Assembly (NCBI GenBank): GCA_965223155.1
Contig: CBDCVR010000013.1
Coordinates: 640,001-704,000, forward strand
Length of the DNA stretch: 64,000 nucleotides
Source: Candidatus Multivoradales bacterium
GTDB lineage: Bacteria; Acidobacteriota; Thermoanaerobaculia; Multivoradales; JAHEKO01
Reading direction: 5' to 3'
Shown here: piece after piece, positions 31,403 through 44,625 of the stretch
How positions within the stretch are numbered: the stretch's first letter is position 1
How the letters are laid out: every line of letters starts with the position of its first letter
Program-made: the position numbers and the translations under genes
The notes under the pieces: model-generated
Told to the model about the DNA's origin: nothing
The model's database searches: none
Seen by the model: only the letters and a program-made list of their open reading frames with translations

Positions 31403-33865
31403 CTAGAAAGTGGTTCCTACGCTGAACTGGAAGCTCTCGAAGCGGTCGTCGAGGAACTCGTCCGGGTTGTAGGCATAGATAAAACGAAGAGGTGCCCCGA
31501 AGATCGGCACCATGACCCGTAGCTCGAGCCCGAGGCTGGAGCGCATGTGGCTCAGGTCGATCGACTGGTTCTCGGCGAACACGTTGCCGGCATCGAAGAA
31601 GGCCAGCAGGCGAAACGGGCCGCCCAGAACGAAATGATACTCCAAGTTCATCTGGAAGAAGCTGTCGCCACCAAGCGCGAATCCCAGCTCGTCCCGTACC
31701 GTCTGATCGTCTTCGTCGCGAACCCAGATGCCCCGGGAACGAAAGCCCCGTACGCTGTTCTCGCCGCCCATGAAAAAGCGGTCCAGGAAGAAAAGCTCCT
31801 TGCCGCCGAACGGGGTGATGTATCCGGCCTCGACGTTGAGGCCGGCGACGGTCTTCAACCGGTTCTTGGTCACCGGACGGTAGATCGAGAAGGCCGCCCG
31901 GGGGCGGATGAAGTTGGTATTGCCGCCCAGAGCGCCGCCGGCGTACTCGACGCCCATCGAATAGCGAATGCCACGAGTGGGCTCGAAGCGGCTGTCACGC
32001 CGGTCAAACGCGTGGTTCAAGCGAATCGTAGAGACGCTCCGGGTGAAGTCTCGCTGCACCAGCTCGCCGGTCAAGGTGAACTGCCGCTGCACGTCCCGGG
32101 AATCAAAGAAGCTGTAGCTCACCGACAGGTTGCGGAACAGCCCCAGGTTGCGGCCGTACGTCAGGGTTGCGCCGGTCGTATCCTGCTGCACGCTCTGCCC
32201 TGAGAGCAGGGTGAAATCCAGGTCGCGGGCGAAGAGCTGGACGCCCACCGACTGCGGCCGATCCAGGAACCAGGGCACGAAGTAGGACAGATCGAGCACG
32301 TCCTGGCGGCCGCCCGACTGGACCTGCACGCCCAGGGTCTCGCCCCGGCCCAGGAAGTTGCGGGTACGGAACGAGAACTGTCCGAAGAAGCCGTCAAGCT
32401 CGCTGAACCCGGCGCCGAACTGCATCTCGGTGCGGTCGCCCTCTTCGCCCTTGATGGTGAGATCAACCTTCTTTTCCTCGTTGTCGACGTCGATGGTCAC
32501 CGGATCGTTCTCATCGATCTGGAAGAACTCCAGCTGGCGGATCCGTAGCAGGCTGTTCTTGAGGGCGCCCGAGCTCATCACCATGCTCTCGTGGATGCCC
32601 AGCTCGCGGCGCAACACCTTGTCCTTGGTCTTGCGGTTGCCCTCGAACTCGATCCGGCCCACCCGGTACTGCTCGCCCTCGGTCACCAGGACTTTGACAT
32701 CGGCGGTCTCGTTGTCCACTTCCTCGATCTCGGAATCGACCCGGGCGTAGATGTAGCCCGAGTTCTGGTAGATCTCATCGACCTTTTCCAGGCCCTCGTC
32801 GATTGCGGTCGAACGCAGCCAGCCGCCGCGCGGCTTCGGGAACTGCGCCTCCAGCGCCTCTTTCGGGAACTTCTCCGAGCCCTCGACCACGACCTTGCCC
32901 AGCTTCCAGCGGTTGCCCTCCTCGATGGGCAGAGTCAGAAAAAGGCGCCGCCGTTGCTCTTCCGCAATCGCGTTGGGGCGGGTGGCGCGCACCGCCACCT
33001 GGGGCTCGCCGATCACCACGTTCTTGTAGCCGGCCTTCTTGTAGATTGTCCGGACCTTGTCCAGGTCTTCCTCGAGAACGCCCGGCTTATAGACGTCCTT
33101 CTTGAACAGGCCCGAGATCGGCCCGCTCTCCTTGGTCTTGCGCATCGCCAGGCGCAGGCGGCGGTCGCTGAAGACCGTGTTGCCCTCGAAGTCGATGTCG
33201 GCGATCTTGACCTTGTCGCCCTCGTCGATGGTGAACGTGACCCGGCGCTCGGTCGGGGACACCGCCTCGAGCAGATAGTTCGCTTCGGCCAGGCGGTAGC
33301 CCTTCTCGGCGTAGAGTTCCTCGATCGCGGCCTTCAGCCGGTTGAGCTCGCCCAGGCTCAACGGGTCGCCTTCGCGTACGTTGATCGCGTCCTTCGACAC
33401 CCGGTCGGAGACGTCGGTCCGGCTCACCCGCTTGAGGCCGACGTACTCGACCGAGCGCAGGATCGGCCGTTCCTGAACCGACACCGTGAGCCGCACGCCT
33501 CCGTCCACCGGTTGCGCGTCCACGGCGATGTCGTCAACCAGACGCTTCTCCCAGAGCTCGTGGATCTTCGCGTTGAGGAGCGCCGGCGAGTAGGGCTTGC
33601 CCACCGCCACCTCGAGATAGAACTCCAGCGACTCGGCGGCCAGGCTCTGAAGGCCCTCGAAGACTACTTCGCGAATCTCGGAGCCCGCGAGACTCGCGCT
33701 CTCGGTCTGGGCCGGTGCGACTGCCGGAACCAGCAGCAAGGCCGCCAGACTAAGAGCCATGGCGGCGGCTAGCAAGCCCCCGGGTGCCGATCTGGCCGAG
33801 CTTCCAAAGCTCCGGATCCGGGGTCCAAACCGGAGCGCGCGCACAGCGTCTTGATAGGGCTTCAT
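31403..33865 (-). CDS. bamA: outer-membrane protein assembly factor BamA
   Basis: POTRA repeats, NFLGRG, FFMGGENSVRGF, C-terminal FQFSVGTTF; exact start uncertain. Confidence 0.95.
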   Translation of the reverse strand: MKPYQDAVRALRFGPRIRSFGSSARSAPGGLLAAAMALSLAALLLVPAVAPAQTESASLAGSEIREVVFEGLQSLAAESLEFYLEVAVGKPYSPALLNAKIHELWEKRLVDDIAVDAQPVDGGVRLTVSVQERPILRSVEYVGLKRVSRTDVSDRVSKDAINVREGDPLSLGELNRLKAAIEELYAEKGYRLAEANYLLEAVSPTERRVTFTIDEGDKVKIADIDFEGNTVFSDRRLRLAMRKTKESGPISGLFKKDVYKPGVLEEDLDKVRTIYKKAGYKNVVIGEPQVAVRATRPNAIAEEQRRRLFLTLPIEEGNRWKLGKVVVEGSEKFPKEALEAQFPKPRGGWLRSTAIDEGLEKVDEIYQNSGYIYARVDSEIEEVDNETADVKVLVTEGEQYRVGRIEFEGNRKTKDKVLRRELGIHESMVMSSGALKNSLLRIRQLEFFQIDENDPVTIDVDNEEKKVDLTIKGEEGDRTEMQFGAGFSELDGFFGQFSFRTRNFLGRGETLGVQVQSGGRQDVLDLSYFVPWFLDRPQSVGVQLFARDLDFTLLSGQSVQQDTTGATLTYGRNLGLFRNLSVSYSFFDSRDVQRQFTLTGELVQRDFTRSVSTIRLNHAFDRRDSRFEPTRGIRYSMGVEYAGGALGGNTNFIRPRAAFSIYRPVTKNRLKTVAGLNVEAGYITPFGGKELFFLDRFFMGGENSVRGFRSRGIWVRDEDDQTVRDELGFALGGDSFFQMNLEYHFVLGGPFRLLAFFDAGNVFAENQSIDLSHMRSSLGLELRVMVPIFGAPLRFIYAYNPDEFLDDRFESFQFSVGTTF

Positions 33866-33920
33866 CGTCGCGAACTTAGAGCAATTCTCGAGCCAGGGGG
33901 GTGGGGGACGCGGCTCGACG

Positions 33921-36347
<2,427 letters not shown>

Positions 36348-36427
36348 CTCGCCAGTCTTCCCCGCCGCTGCCGGAGCGATCAGGCGCCGGCGCCCCGGCC
36401 GCCCCGTTCCAAGCCGCGAAACGGCCC

Positions 36428-37105
36428 CTACGAGGCGACCACGATGCCCCGATCCAGCGTCAAAATCCTAGCACAGCGCTTGGCCAAATCAGGGTTGTGG
36501 GTGACCACGACGGCGGTCGTGCCCCGCCGGTTCTGGAGCTCCACCAGAAGGTCGAAGACCTGGTCTCCGATGTCCGGATCCAGGTTGCCCGTGGGCTCGT
36601 CGGCCAGGAGCAGGGGCGGCTCCAGAAGCAACGCTCGGCACAAAGCGACGCGCTGGCGCTCGCCGCCTGAGAGCTGCGAGGGAAAGTGCTCACGACGGTC
36701 GGCGAGGCCCACCTCGTCCAGGAGCCCCTGAGCGCGAGCGCGCAGCTCCCCTCCCTCGAGCCCGGCGATTCGGCCCGGAAGCATCACGTTCTCGAAGGCG
36801 GTGAAGTCGGCCAGGAGCTCCTGGAACTGGAACACGAAACCGATTGTCCGGTTCCGGAACCGCGCCAGCTCTTCCGGGTCGAGCGCGCCCAGCTCGACAT
36901 CCCCGATCCGCACGCTGCCCGCGTCCGGAACGTCCAGGGCGCCGAGCAGATGGAGCAGCGTCGACTTGCCGGCGCCGGACGGGCCCACGATCGCCACCAA
37001 CTCGCCCGGCGCGACCTCCAGGCTCGCGCCGCGCAGCACCTCGACCGCTCGTTCTCCGTCCCGGTAGGCCTTGAAAAGCTCGCGCCCGAAAATCGCCACG
37101 CTCAT
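36428..37105 (-). CDS. lolD: lipoprotein-releasing ABC transporter ATPase
   Basis: GPSGAGKS, RNRTIGFVFQF, LSGGERQR, ADEPTGNLD. Confidence 0.88.
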   Translation of the reverse strand: MSVAIFGRELFKAYRDGERAVEVLRGASLEVAPGELVAIVGPSGAGKSTLLHLLGALDVPDAGSVRIGDVELGALDPEELARFRNRTIGFVFQFQELLADFTAFENVMLPGRIAGLEGGELRARAQGLLDEVGLADRREHFPSQLSGGERQRVALCRALLLEPPLLLADEPTGNLDPDIGDQVFDLLVELQNRRGTTAVVVTHNPDLAKRCARILTLDRGIVVAS

Positions 37106-38364
37106 TGGTGGAGAGCCTCCACGGGCCGCAGAGCGGCCGCCGCCCGGGCCGCCAGAAGCGCCGCCGTCACCGCCGCCGCCAGGCTGGCGAGAACCACCGC
37201 GCCGACGTCGGCGGCCTCGAGCTGGAAGGGCACGTGATCCAGGAAGTAGACGTCGGCCGGCAGCCGGATCACCCGGTACCGTCCAAGGATCCCGGCCAGG
37301 ACGACCCCCGCTACCGCTCCCAGAGCCACCCCCGCCGCGCCCAGGATCGAGCCCAGGATCACGAACACCGAACGCACCAGCCGGGAGCGGGCGCCCATGG
37401 CGCCCAGAATGCCGATCTCGCGCCGCTTGGCGGCGACGATGAGGTGGACGTTCGAGACCAGGGCCAGAGCCGCCACCGCGACGATCAGAAACACCGCGCA
37501 GAAGATCAGGGTCCGCTCCAGCTTGAGGGCGAAAAAGAGCGGCCGGTTCAAGTCCTGCCAGGATTGCACCTCGATTCCGGCCTCTCCCTCAGCGGCCGAG
37601 GCGGCCGGCATCCCTGGAGCCAGGGGAGCCGGGGAAGCCGGCTCAGAGGCCAGCTCGGACGGCAACTTCGAGGCCAAGGCCGCGGCCTCCTCCAGACCGT
37701 CCACGTCCAGAAGAATGCGGTACCGGCCCGGACCCAGGAGGGCATCCGCCAGGCTCAGGGGCAGCGCGACCCGGAGGCTCTGCTGGGTGACGCCGTCGCT
37801 GAAGGTACCGGCGACGCGGGCCCGAACCGTCCGTGGCTGCGGGCCAAGCGGCGTTAGCGTGGGCCGGCTCGAGGCGAGCTCCAGGGCGTCACCCACACCG
37901 ACGCCCCAGGTGTCGGCCAGGCCCTGCGGCAGGTAGACGCCGCTGGCCCGGGACGCCGGTCCGGCCTCCCCCGCCGGCGGAAAGATGGGCGGCAGCTCGC
38001 CGGCAAAGCCGACCAGATCGACCGCCCGCACGCTGCCCTCGAAGGCGATCCAGCCCGAGCCCTCCCGCGTCAAGTGCGCGGCCGCGATCCGGGGATCGGG
38101 GCTCAGCCGCGCCAGCACCGCTTCGGCCTGCCGCCGGGTCTCGGTCGAGACCGCGATCTCGGGGGTGCGCGCCATGACTTCCTCGCGGAGGGCATTCTGA
38201 AACCCGCCGAGCGCCGCGAGCGCCAGGATGAGAGCCGCCACCCCCACCGCCAGGCCGCCGCCCGCGAGGGTCGAGAGAAAGCTCACGAACGAGTCCTTGC
38301 GGCTGCTCTTCAGGTAGCGCAGCGCCAGGGTCAGAGCCAGAGGCGCGCGCGAGAGATCGGGCAC
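37102..38364 (-). CDS. lipoprotein-releasing ABC transporter permease (LolC/E)
   Basis: ALRYL, GVAALI, SWQDLNRPLFFALKLE, KRREIGIL, VYFLDHVP, PVEAL. Confidence 0.88.
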   Translation of the reverse strand: MPDLSRAPLALTLALRYLKSSRKDSFVSFLSTLAGGGLAVGVAALILALAALGGFQNALREEVMARTPEIAVSTETRRQAEAVLARLSPDPRIAAAHLTREGSGWIAFEGSVRAVDLVGFAGELPPIFPPAGEAGPASRASGVYLPQGLADTWGVGVGDALELASSRPTLTPLGPQPRTVRARVAGTFSDGVTQQSLRVALPLSLADALLGPGRYRILLDVDGLEEAAALASKLPSELASEPASPAPLAPGMPAASAAEGEAGIEVQSWQDLNRPLFFALKLERTLIFCAVFLIVAVAALALVSNVHLIVAAKRREIGILGAMGARSRLVRSVFVILGSILGAAGVALGAVAGVVLAGILGRYRVIRLPADVYFLDHVPFQLEAADVGAVVLASLAAAVTAALLAARAAAALRPVEALHQ

Positions 38365-38374
38365 CGGATCCGCC

Positions 38375-40006
<1,632 letters not shown>

Positions 40007-40149
40007 GCGTCTGGGTCGTGGGCGCGGACTTTCGGTTGCAGGGGAGCCGCCCGGCGTCGGCGCGCGAGCGAGGGCAAACGATATCGAACTTGAGAGGCTT
40101 CCCACCAGGGCCGGCGGCAATCCACCGGTGGGTCCCTGCCCGCTCTCCG

Positions 40150-40204
40150 GCCAATGTCTGGCCAGCCTTGAGCCAACCTTGAGCCAGCCTTGAGCCGGCC
40201 TCGA
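40150..40204 (+). repeat. 11-bp tandem repeats (GCCAGCCTTGA-like, 4 clear + 1 degenerate) in the lysS/PNP divergent region
   Basis: GCCAATGTCTG GCCAGCCTTGA GCCAACCTTGA GCCAGCCTTGA GCCGGCCTCGA. Confidence 0.8.
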
Positions 40205-40232
40205 GAAGGCACGCACCGCTAGAATGCCGGCC

Positions 40233-41069
40233 ATGGACCGGCATCTGGAGCAGCTTCATGCCGCCCGCCAAGCGTGGCGGGCTCGCGAGTGGCCGGCACC
40301 GGAGCTTCTGGTGGTCTCTGGCTCCGGCCTCGCCGTCGAGCTCCCCGGAACGACCGAACGGGAGGCACCGCTTGCCGAAGTGCTGCCCTTCCCGATCCGC
40401 CCGGTGGTCGGGCACCCCCATACCGTGACCATCTTGGAGCCCCTTCCCGGACGCTTCGTCGCCTACCAGCGCGGACGGCTCCACTCCTACCAGGGGTACG
40501 ACGCCAACGAGACCGCGTTCATGGTGCGGCTTGCCGCTCTCTTGGGGGGGCGCAAGCTCATCCTGACCAACGCCGCGGGCGGCATCCGCCCCGATCTAGG
40601 TCCCGGCGATCTGGTGGCCGTAACGGACCACATCAATCTCACCGGCCTCAACCCGCTGCGCGGCGAGCTGCCCGCCGACTGGGGGCCGGCCTTCCCCGAC
40701 ATGACCGGCGCCTACGATCCCGACCTGCGCCGCCTGCTCGCGGGGCACGCCCGGCGCCTCGACATCGCGCTGGCCGAAGGCGTCTACTGCGGCCTGGCCG
40801 GTCCCAACTTCGAGACCCCGGCCGAGATCCGCATGCTGCGCTCGTTCGGCGCCGATCTGGTCGGCATGTCAACGGTCCTGGAGGTCGTCGCCGCCCGCCA
40901 CCTGGACGTGGCGTGCCTGGCGGTCTCGATGGTGGCCAACGCCGCCGCCGGGGTCGGAGACGGGGCCATCGACCACGAAGAGGTGCTGGCGGAGGCCGGG
41001 CAGAGAGCCGAGATCTTGCGCCGGCTGCTGGGCGCCCTCCTGATCGACGAAGACCTGTATTCGCCGTGA
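40233..41069 (+). CDS. purine-nucleoside phosphorylase (trimeric type)
   Basis: SGSGL, VVGH, GRLHSYQG, LTNAAGG, DHINL, GPNFETPAE, VGMSTVLE; ATG 7 nt after TAGAAT. Confidence 0.93.
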   Translation: MDRHLEQLHAARQAWRAREWPAPELLVVSGSGLAVELPGTTEREAPLAEVLPFPIRPVVGHPHTVTILEPLPGRFVAYQRGRLHSYQGYDANETAFMVRLAALLGGRKLILTNAAGGIRPDLGPGDLVAVTDHINLTGLNPLRGELPADWGPAFPDMTGAYDPDLRRLLAGHARRLDIALAEGVYCGLAGPNFETPAEIRMLRSFGADLVGMSTVLEVVAARHLDVACLAVSMVANAAAGVGDGAIDHEEVLAEAGQRAEILRRLLGALLIDEDLYSP

Positions 41070-41145
41070 GCGGCGCGGCGAGCGGCCGAGCCGTGACGCA
41101 CGAGGTGGGCCGACCGAGCGCCCACTCTGGCGCCTGATCTCGCGC

Positions 41146-42708
41146 CTACTCCGAGCCCTGGACCGGACCCGAATCGCGATCGGCCCGATCGGCCCGATCG
41201 GCCTGATCGGCCCCACCAGCCCGGCCAGGAGAGCCGTCGGCGTTGGGCGCCGCGTAGAGCTCCAGCCAGCAGGAAGCGTGCTCGCGGGCCAGGCGCATGC
41301 GCGCGACCTGGACCGACCGCAGCTCGTCCGCGTCCTGGAGCTCGCCGGTGGCCAGGCCGTCTGCCAGCAGCGCGTCGAACCGACCCAGGCATCGGCCGGC
41401 TAGGCGCACCAGGTCCCGGCGGCGCTCGGGTCCGGCGCTCTCGGCACCGGCCGCCATCTCCCGTCGCAAGGAGAGGCCGGCCAGCACCAGCCGGTCGACC
41501 TCCGGCGCGCGGCCGATCTCAGCCCCGGCCTCGGCCCCGGCTTTCGGCCCAGCCTTCGATTGGAGCGCGCGGCGCTCGAGCTCATCCAGGCCGTCCAGCG
41601 TCTCCTTCGAGCGCGCCACCTCGCTCAGAGCGTCGAGGTCGGCGTCGGGTTCGGTTCCGGACGGCTCGAGCGGGGCCGGTCGAGCGCCCGGGGCGCCGGC
41701 CGCCGCCAGGCCCGCGTCCACCCGCGCCATGATCCGCCCCACGAGCTCGTGGATCCGGCTCATCTCGTCAAGGCGCAAGCTGCCGGCGCTGACGTTCTTG
41801 CGAAACCGTCCCACGAGCTGGTGCAGGTCGCGGACCTCGTCCACCAGATCGCGCGCCAGGCGCCCCTCCTGCTCCAGCTCGGAGACCAGCTCGTAGTCGG
41901 CGAAGATCCGGCGCTCGGCCTTGTGGGTCAGCTCGGCGATGCGCTCGGCCAGGAGCAGATTGGTCTCGACGATCGCGGTCAGGATCGACGGCTCGAAGGT
42001 CATCGCGCCCAGCCCGTGCTTGACCTTGCGGTAGTGCGCCACCAGATCGCGCTCGGTCAGCTCCTCGAAGGTCGCCACGCGGCCGATCTCGGCGCGCACG
42101 CCCTCGATCAGGCGGATCCGGTTGGCCACCCGCTTGGCGTCCAGCGGGCTCGCCGGAGCGGCGTAGGCGCACAGCCCCTCGAGCACCCGTGCGAGACGCA
42201 AGCGGTCGCCGGGCCGATCCGGATCGGTCACGGTCTCGGCCAGGCGGCTCATCAGGAAATCGACCTTGTCGGTGCGCTCGTCGCTCCAGCTCCTGCCGCG
42301 CTGGATCTCCAGATAGAAGCGAACCAGCTCGATCAGAATGCGCTCGTCGTGGGTACGCACGCGCTGGAAGAAGAGCCGGACGAGGGACGGGGCGATGCCC
42401 CGGTCCTGGCGATCCAATGAATCCATGAGCTCGACCAGAACCGTGCGGATCTCGGCCAGCTCAGCACCCACCGGTTCGCTGTCCAGATCATCCAGCCGGA
42501 CCGAAACCGCGCGTAGCGACCGGTAAAGGTCCTGAAAGGCCTCCGAAAGGTCCTCGATGTCGTCGGTGCCGAAGAACTTCCTCAGCCCCTGGAGGAAGCG
42601 ATGAAAGGTCCAACCCGCCTTATAGCGGTTGGACAGCTCCAGATACAACTGGTTGACCGGATTGACTTGGTCGGCTAGAACCACGAAACGAGCTCCCCGA
42701 AGACTCAA
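41146..42708 (-). CDS. hypothetical all-helical protein
   Basis: 520-codon ORF with gene-like codon usage filling the gap between PNP and hpt; no motif recognised; low-complexity repeats in the C-terminal third. Confidence 0.75.
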   Translation of the reverse strand: MSLRGARFVVLADQVNPVNQLYLELSNRYKAGWTFHRFLQGLRKFFGTDDIEDLSEAFQDLYRSLRAVSVRLDDLDSEPVGAELAEIRTVLVELMDSLDRQDRGIAPSLVRLFFQRVRTHDERILIELVRFYLEIQRGRSWSDERTDKVDFLMSRLAETVTDPDRPGDRLRLARVLEGLCAYAAPASPLDAKRVANRIRLIEGVRAEIGRVATFEELTERDLVAHYRKVKHGLGAMTFEPSILTAIVETNLLLAERIAELTHKAERRIFADYELVSELEQEGRLARDLVDEVRDLHQLVGRFRKNVSAGSLRLDEMSRIHELVGRIMARVDAGLAAAGAPGARPAPLEPSGTEPDADLDALSEVARSKETLDGLDELERRALQSKAGPKAGAEAGAEIGRAPEVDRLVLAGLSLRREMAAGAESAGPERRRDLVRLAGRCLGRFDALLADGLATGELQDADELRSVQVARMRLAREHASCWLELYAAPNADGSPGRAGGADQADRADRADRDSGPVQGSE

Positions 42709-42780
42709 ACCCTGCGATACCCTTGCGGCCCTGCGATTCTAGAGGAAACGACCGAGGACGACCGAGGAGGCTGGAAGAGG

Positions 42781-43356
42781 ATGGGAAACCAGGAGCGCGA
42801 TCTGCCCCGGGTTCTGATCTCCGAAGAGGACCTGCAACGACGCATCGGCGAGTTGGCCGACGAGATCAACCGCGACTACGCCGACAAGGGCTCGGTCCTG
42901 TGCATCGGCGTGCTCAAGGGCTCGGTCTTTTTCATGGTGGATCTCCTCAAGCGGCTGACGATTCCGCTCACCGTCGATTTCCTGCAGACCTCCAGCTACC
43001 GTTCCGGGACCAACCCCGGTGAAGTGCGGATTCGCAAGGACTTGGACCTGCCGATTCGAGGCCGGCACGTACTCCTGATCGAAGACATCGTTGACACCGG
43101 GCACACCCTGACGACCGTGCTGGGCCTCTTCCGCTTTCGCGGCGCGGCCAGCGTGCGGCTGTGCGCCCTGCTCGACAAGGTCGAAGCACGCGAGGTCGCG
43201 GTCTCGGTCGATTACGCCGGCTTCCCCATCGACAACGTGTTCGTGGTCGGCTACGGCCTGGACTTCAACGAGCGCTACCGCGAGCTGCCCTACATCGGCG
43301 TCTACGAAGGCCCCGAGACCGAACCGAATCCCGAACCCGAGACGGACGCCGGCTAG
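42781..43356 (+). CDS. hpt: hypoxanthine phosphoribosyltransferase
   Basis: IGVLKGS, SSY, LLIEDIVDTG, LLDK, FVVGYGLD. Confidence 0.96.
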   Translation: MGNQERDLPRVLISEEDLQRRIGELADEINRDYADKGSVLCIGVLKGSVFFMVDLLKRLTIPLTVDFLQTSSYRSGTNPGEVRIRKDLDLPIRGRHVLLIEDIVDTGHTLTTVLGLFRFRGAASVRLCALLDKVEAREVAVSVDYAGFPIDNVFVVGYGLDFNERYRELPYIGVYEGPETEPNPEPETDAG

Positions 43357-43406
43357 CCGGCACCGGCCCGCTGTCCGCATCTCTCGAAATCCACGAGGAC
43401 CCACCG

Positions 43407-43784
43407 ATGCGATTCATACATTCCGACCAGGCCCCGGCCGCCATCGGCCCCTACTCTCAAGCCGTCATCCAGGACGGTTGGCTCTTCACCTCCGGGCAAG
43501 TCGCCCTCGACGCCGGCAGCGGCGAGATGGCCGGCGAAGACTTCGACACCCAGGCGCGCAAGGTTCTCGCCAATCTGGAAGCGGTCTTGGCCGCCGCCGG
43601 CTGCACCTTCGGCAACGTGGTCAAGACCACGGTCTTCGTCACCGATCTGGCCGACTTTCCCCGTCTCAACGAGCTCTACGCCGAAGCCATGGGCGAGCAT
43701 CGCCCGGCACGCTCGACCGTCCAGGTGGCCGGCCTGCCCAAGGGCGCCAAGGTCGAGATCGAGCTCGTCGCCCGCGTCCCCTAG
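43407..43784 (+). CDS. ridA: RidA/YjgF family reactive-intermediate deaminase
   Basis: APAAIGPYSQA, SGQV, VVKTTVF, PARSTVQVAGLPKGAKVEIE. Confidence 0.93.
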   Translation: MRFIHSDQAPAAIGPYSQAVIQDGWLFTSGQVALDAGSGEMAGEDFDTQARKVLANLEAVLAAAGCTFGNVVKTTVFVTDLADFPRLNELYAEAMGEHRPARSTVQVAGLPKGAKVEIELVARVP

Positions 43785-43863
43785 CTACGGCCCGTGCTAG
43801 AGGTCCGAGGGATCGCGTTGCGCACGACCCAGTGCCTTGGATCCGCCCCCGTGCCGCGGGAAG

Positions 43864-44625
43864 CTAGAAGCCGAAGCCGACGCGCACCACCGCCTGGGTA
43901 CCCTCGGCGCGCTCGATCGCGAAGGTCAGCCGAGGCAGCAGCATGTGGAGCACGACGCCGGCGAAGGCCGTGGTCGTGGTCTCGTCGAACGAGGCCGGCT
44001 CGATCGCGTTCGGGAAACGGCCCTCGCTGTCCAGAAGGCCGATCCCGGCATACGGCGTCACCACCGCCAGCCCCTTGCTGGCCATCAGCTCGACCGAGCG
44101 GATCGAAAGATCGTAGTCCCCGGGCGAGAGGGTCTCGGTGACGCTCACCCGGAGGGCCAGAGCCGGTTTCGTCACCCCGCCTTCCAGAAGAGCCCAGGAC
44201 GCCTCGACCGCGGCCAGCTCCACCTCCTCGTCGAGGCGGGCCAGAGACACGCCGACCCCCAGCCGCTTGCCCAGCCCCTTGCGCGCCCCGACCCGGAGCA
44301 CGCCCAGGAGATCCAGCGGCGCGCTCCCCTCGACCGCCGGCGTCGAAGCCCCGCCGAAATCCTCGGACACCGCCAGGTCGGCAAAGACGTCGAAGCCGAT
44401 CCAACCCAGGGGGCCCGCTCCGTGGCGCGGGTAGAAGTGGCCCGCGCTCGCCAAGCGTCGGTGGAGATCCTCCAACTCGGCCGGGGTCGCCCCCGGATCG
44501 ATCTCCCAAGCCACCGCCGGTGACGGCGGCAGGGCAAGCGCCAGAGCGCAGCCAGCGAGTGCGAGAACAAGGCCAGCGCGCATCTTCGACGGGCCCGGCC
44601 GCTCCGACGTCTTCGCGGCCGTCAT
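43864..44625 (-). CDS. putative outer-membrane beta-barrel protein
   Basis: Signal peptide, amphipathic beta pattern (TPYAGIG), terminal aromatic RVGFGF. Confidence 0.65.
   Translation of the reverse strand: MTAAKTSERPGPSKMRAGLVLALAGCALALALPPSPAVAWEIDPGATPAELEDLHRRLASAGHFYPRHGAGPLGWIGFDVFADLAVSEDFGGASTPAVEGSAPLDLLGVLRVGARKGLGKRLGVGVSLARLDEEVELAAVEASWALLEGGVTKPALALRVSVTETLSPGDYDLSIRSVELMASKGLAVVTPYAGIGLLDSEGRFPNAIEPASFDETTTTAFAGVVLHMLLPRLTFAIERAEGTQAVVRVGFGF

Noticed and set aside
41160-41560. 9- and 12-bp tandem repeats (ADR-ADR, AGPK/AGAE)
   Set aside because: Frame-preserving slippage repeats in a low-complexity tail; no spacers, so not CRISPR
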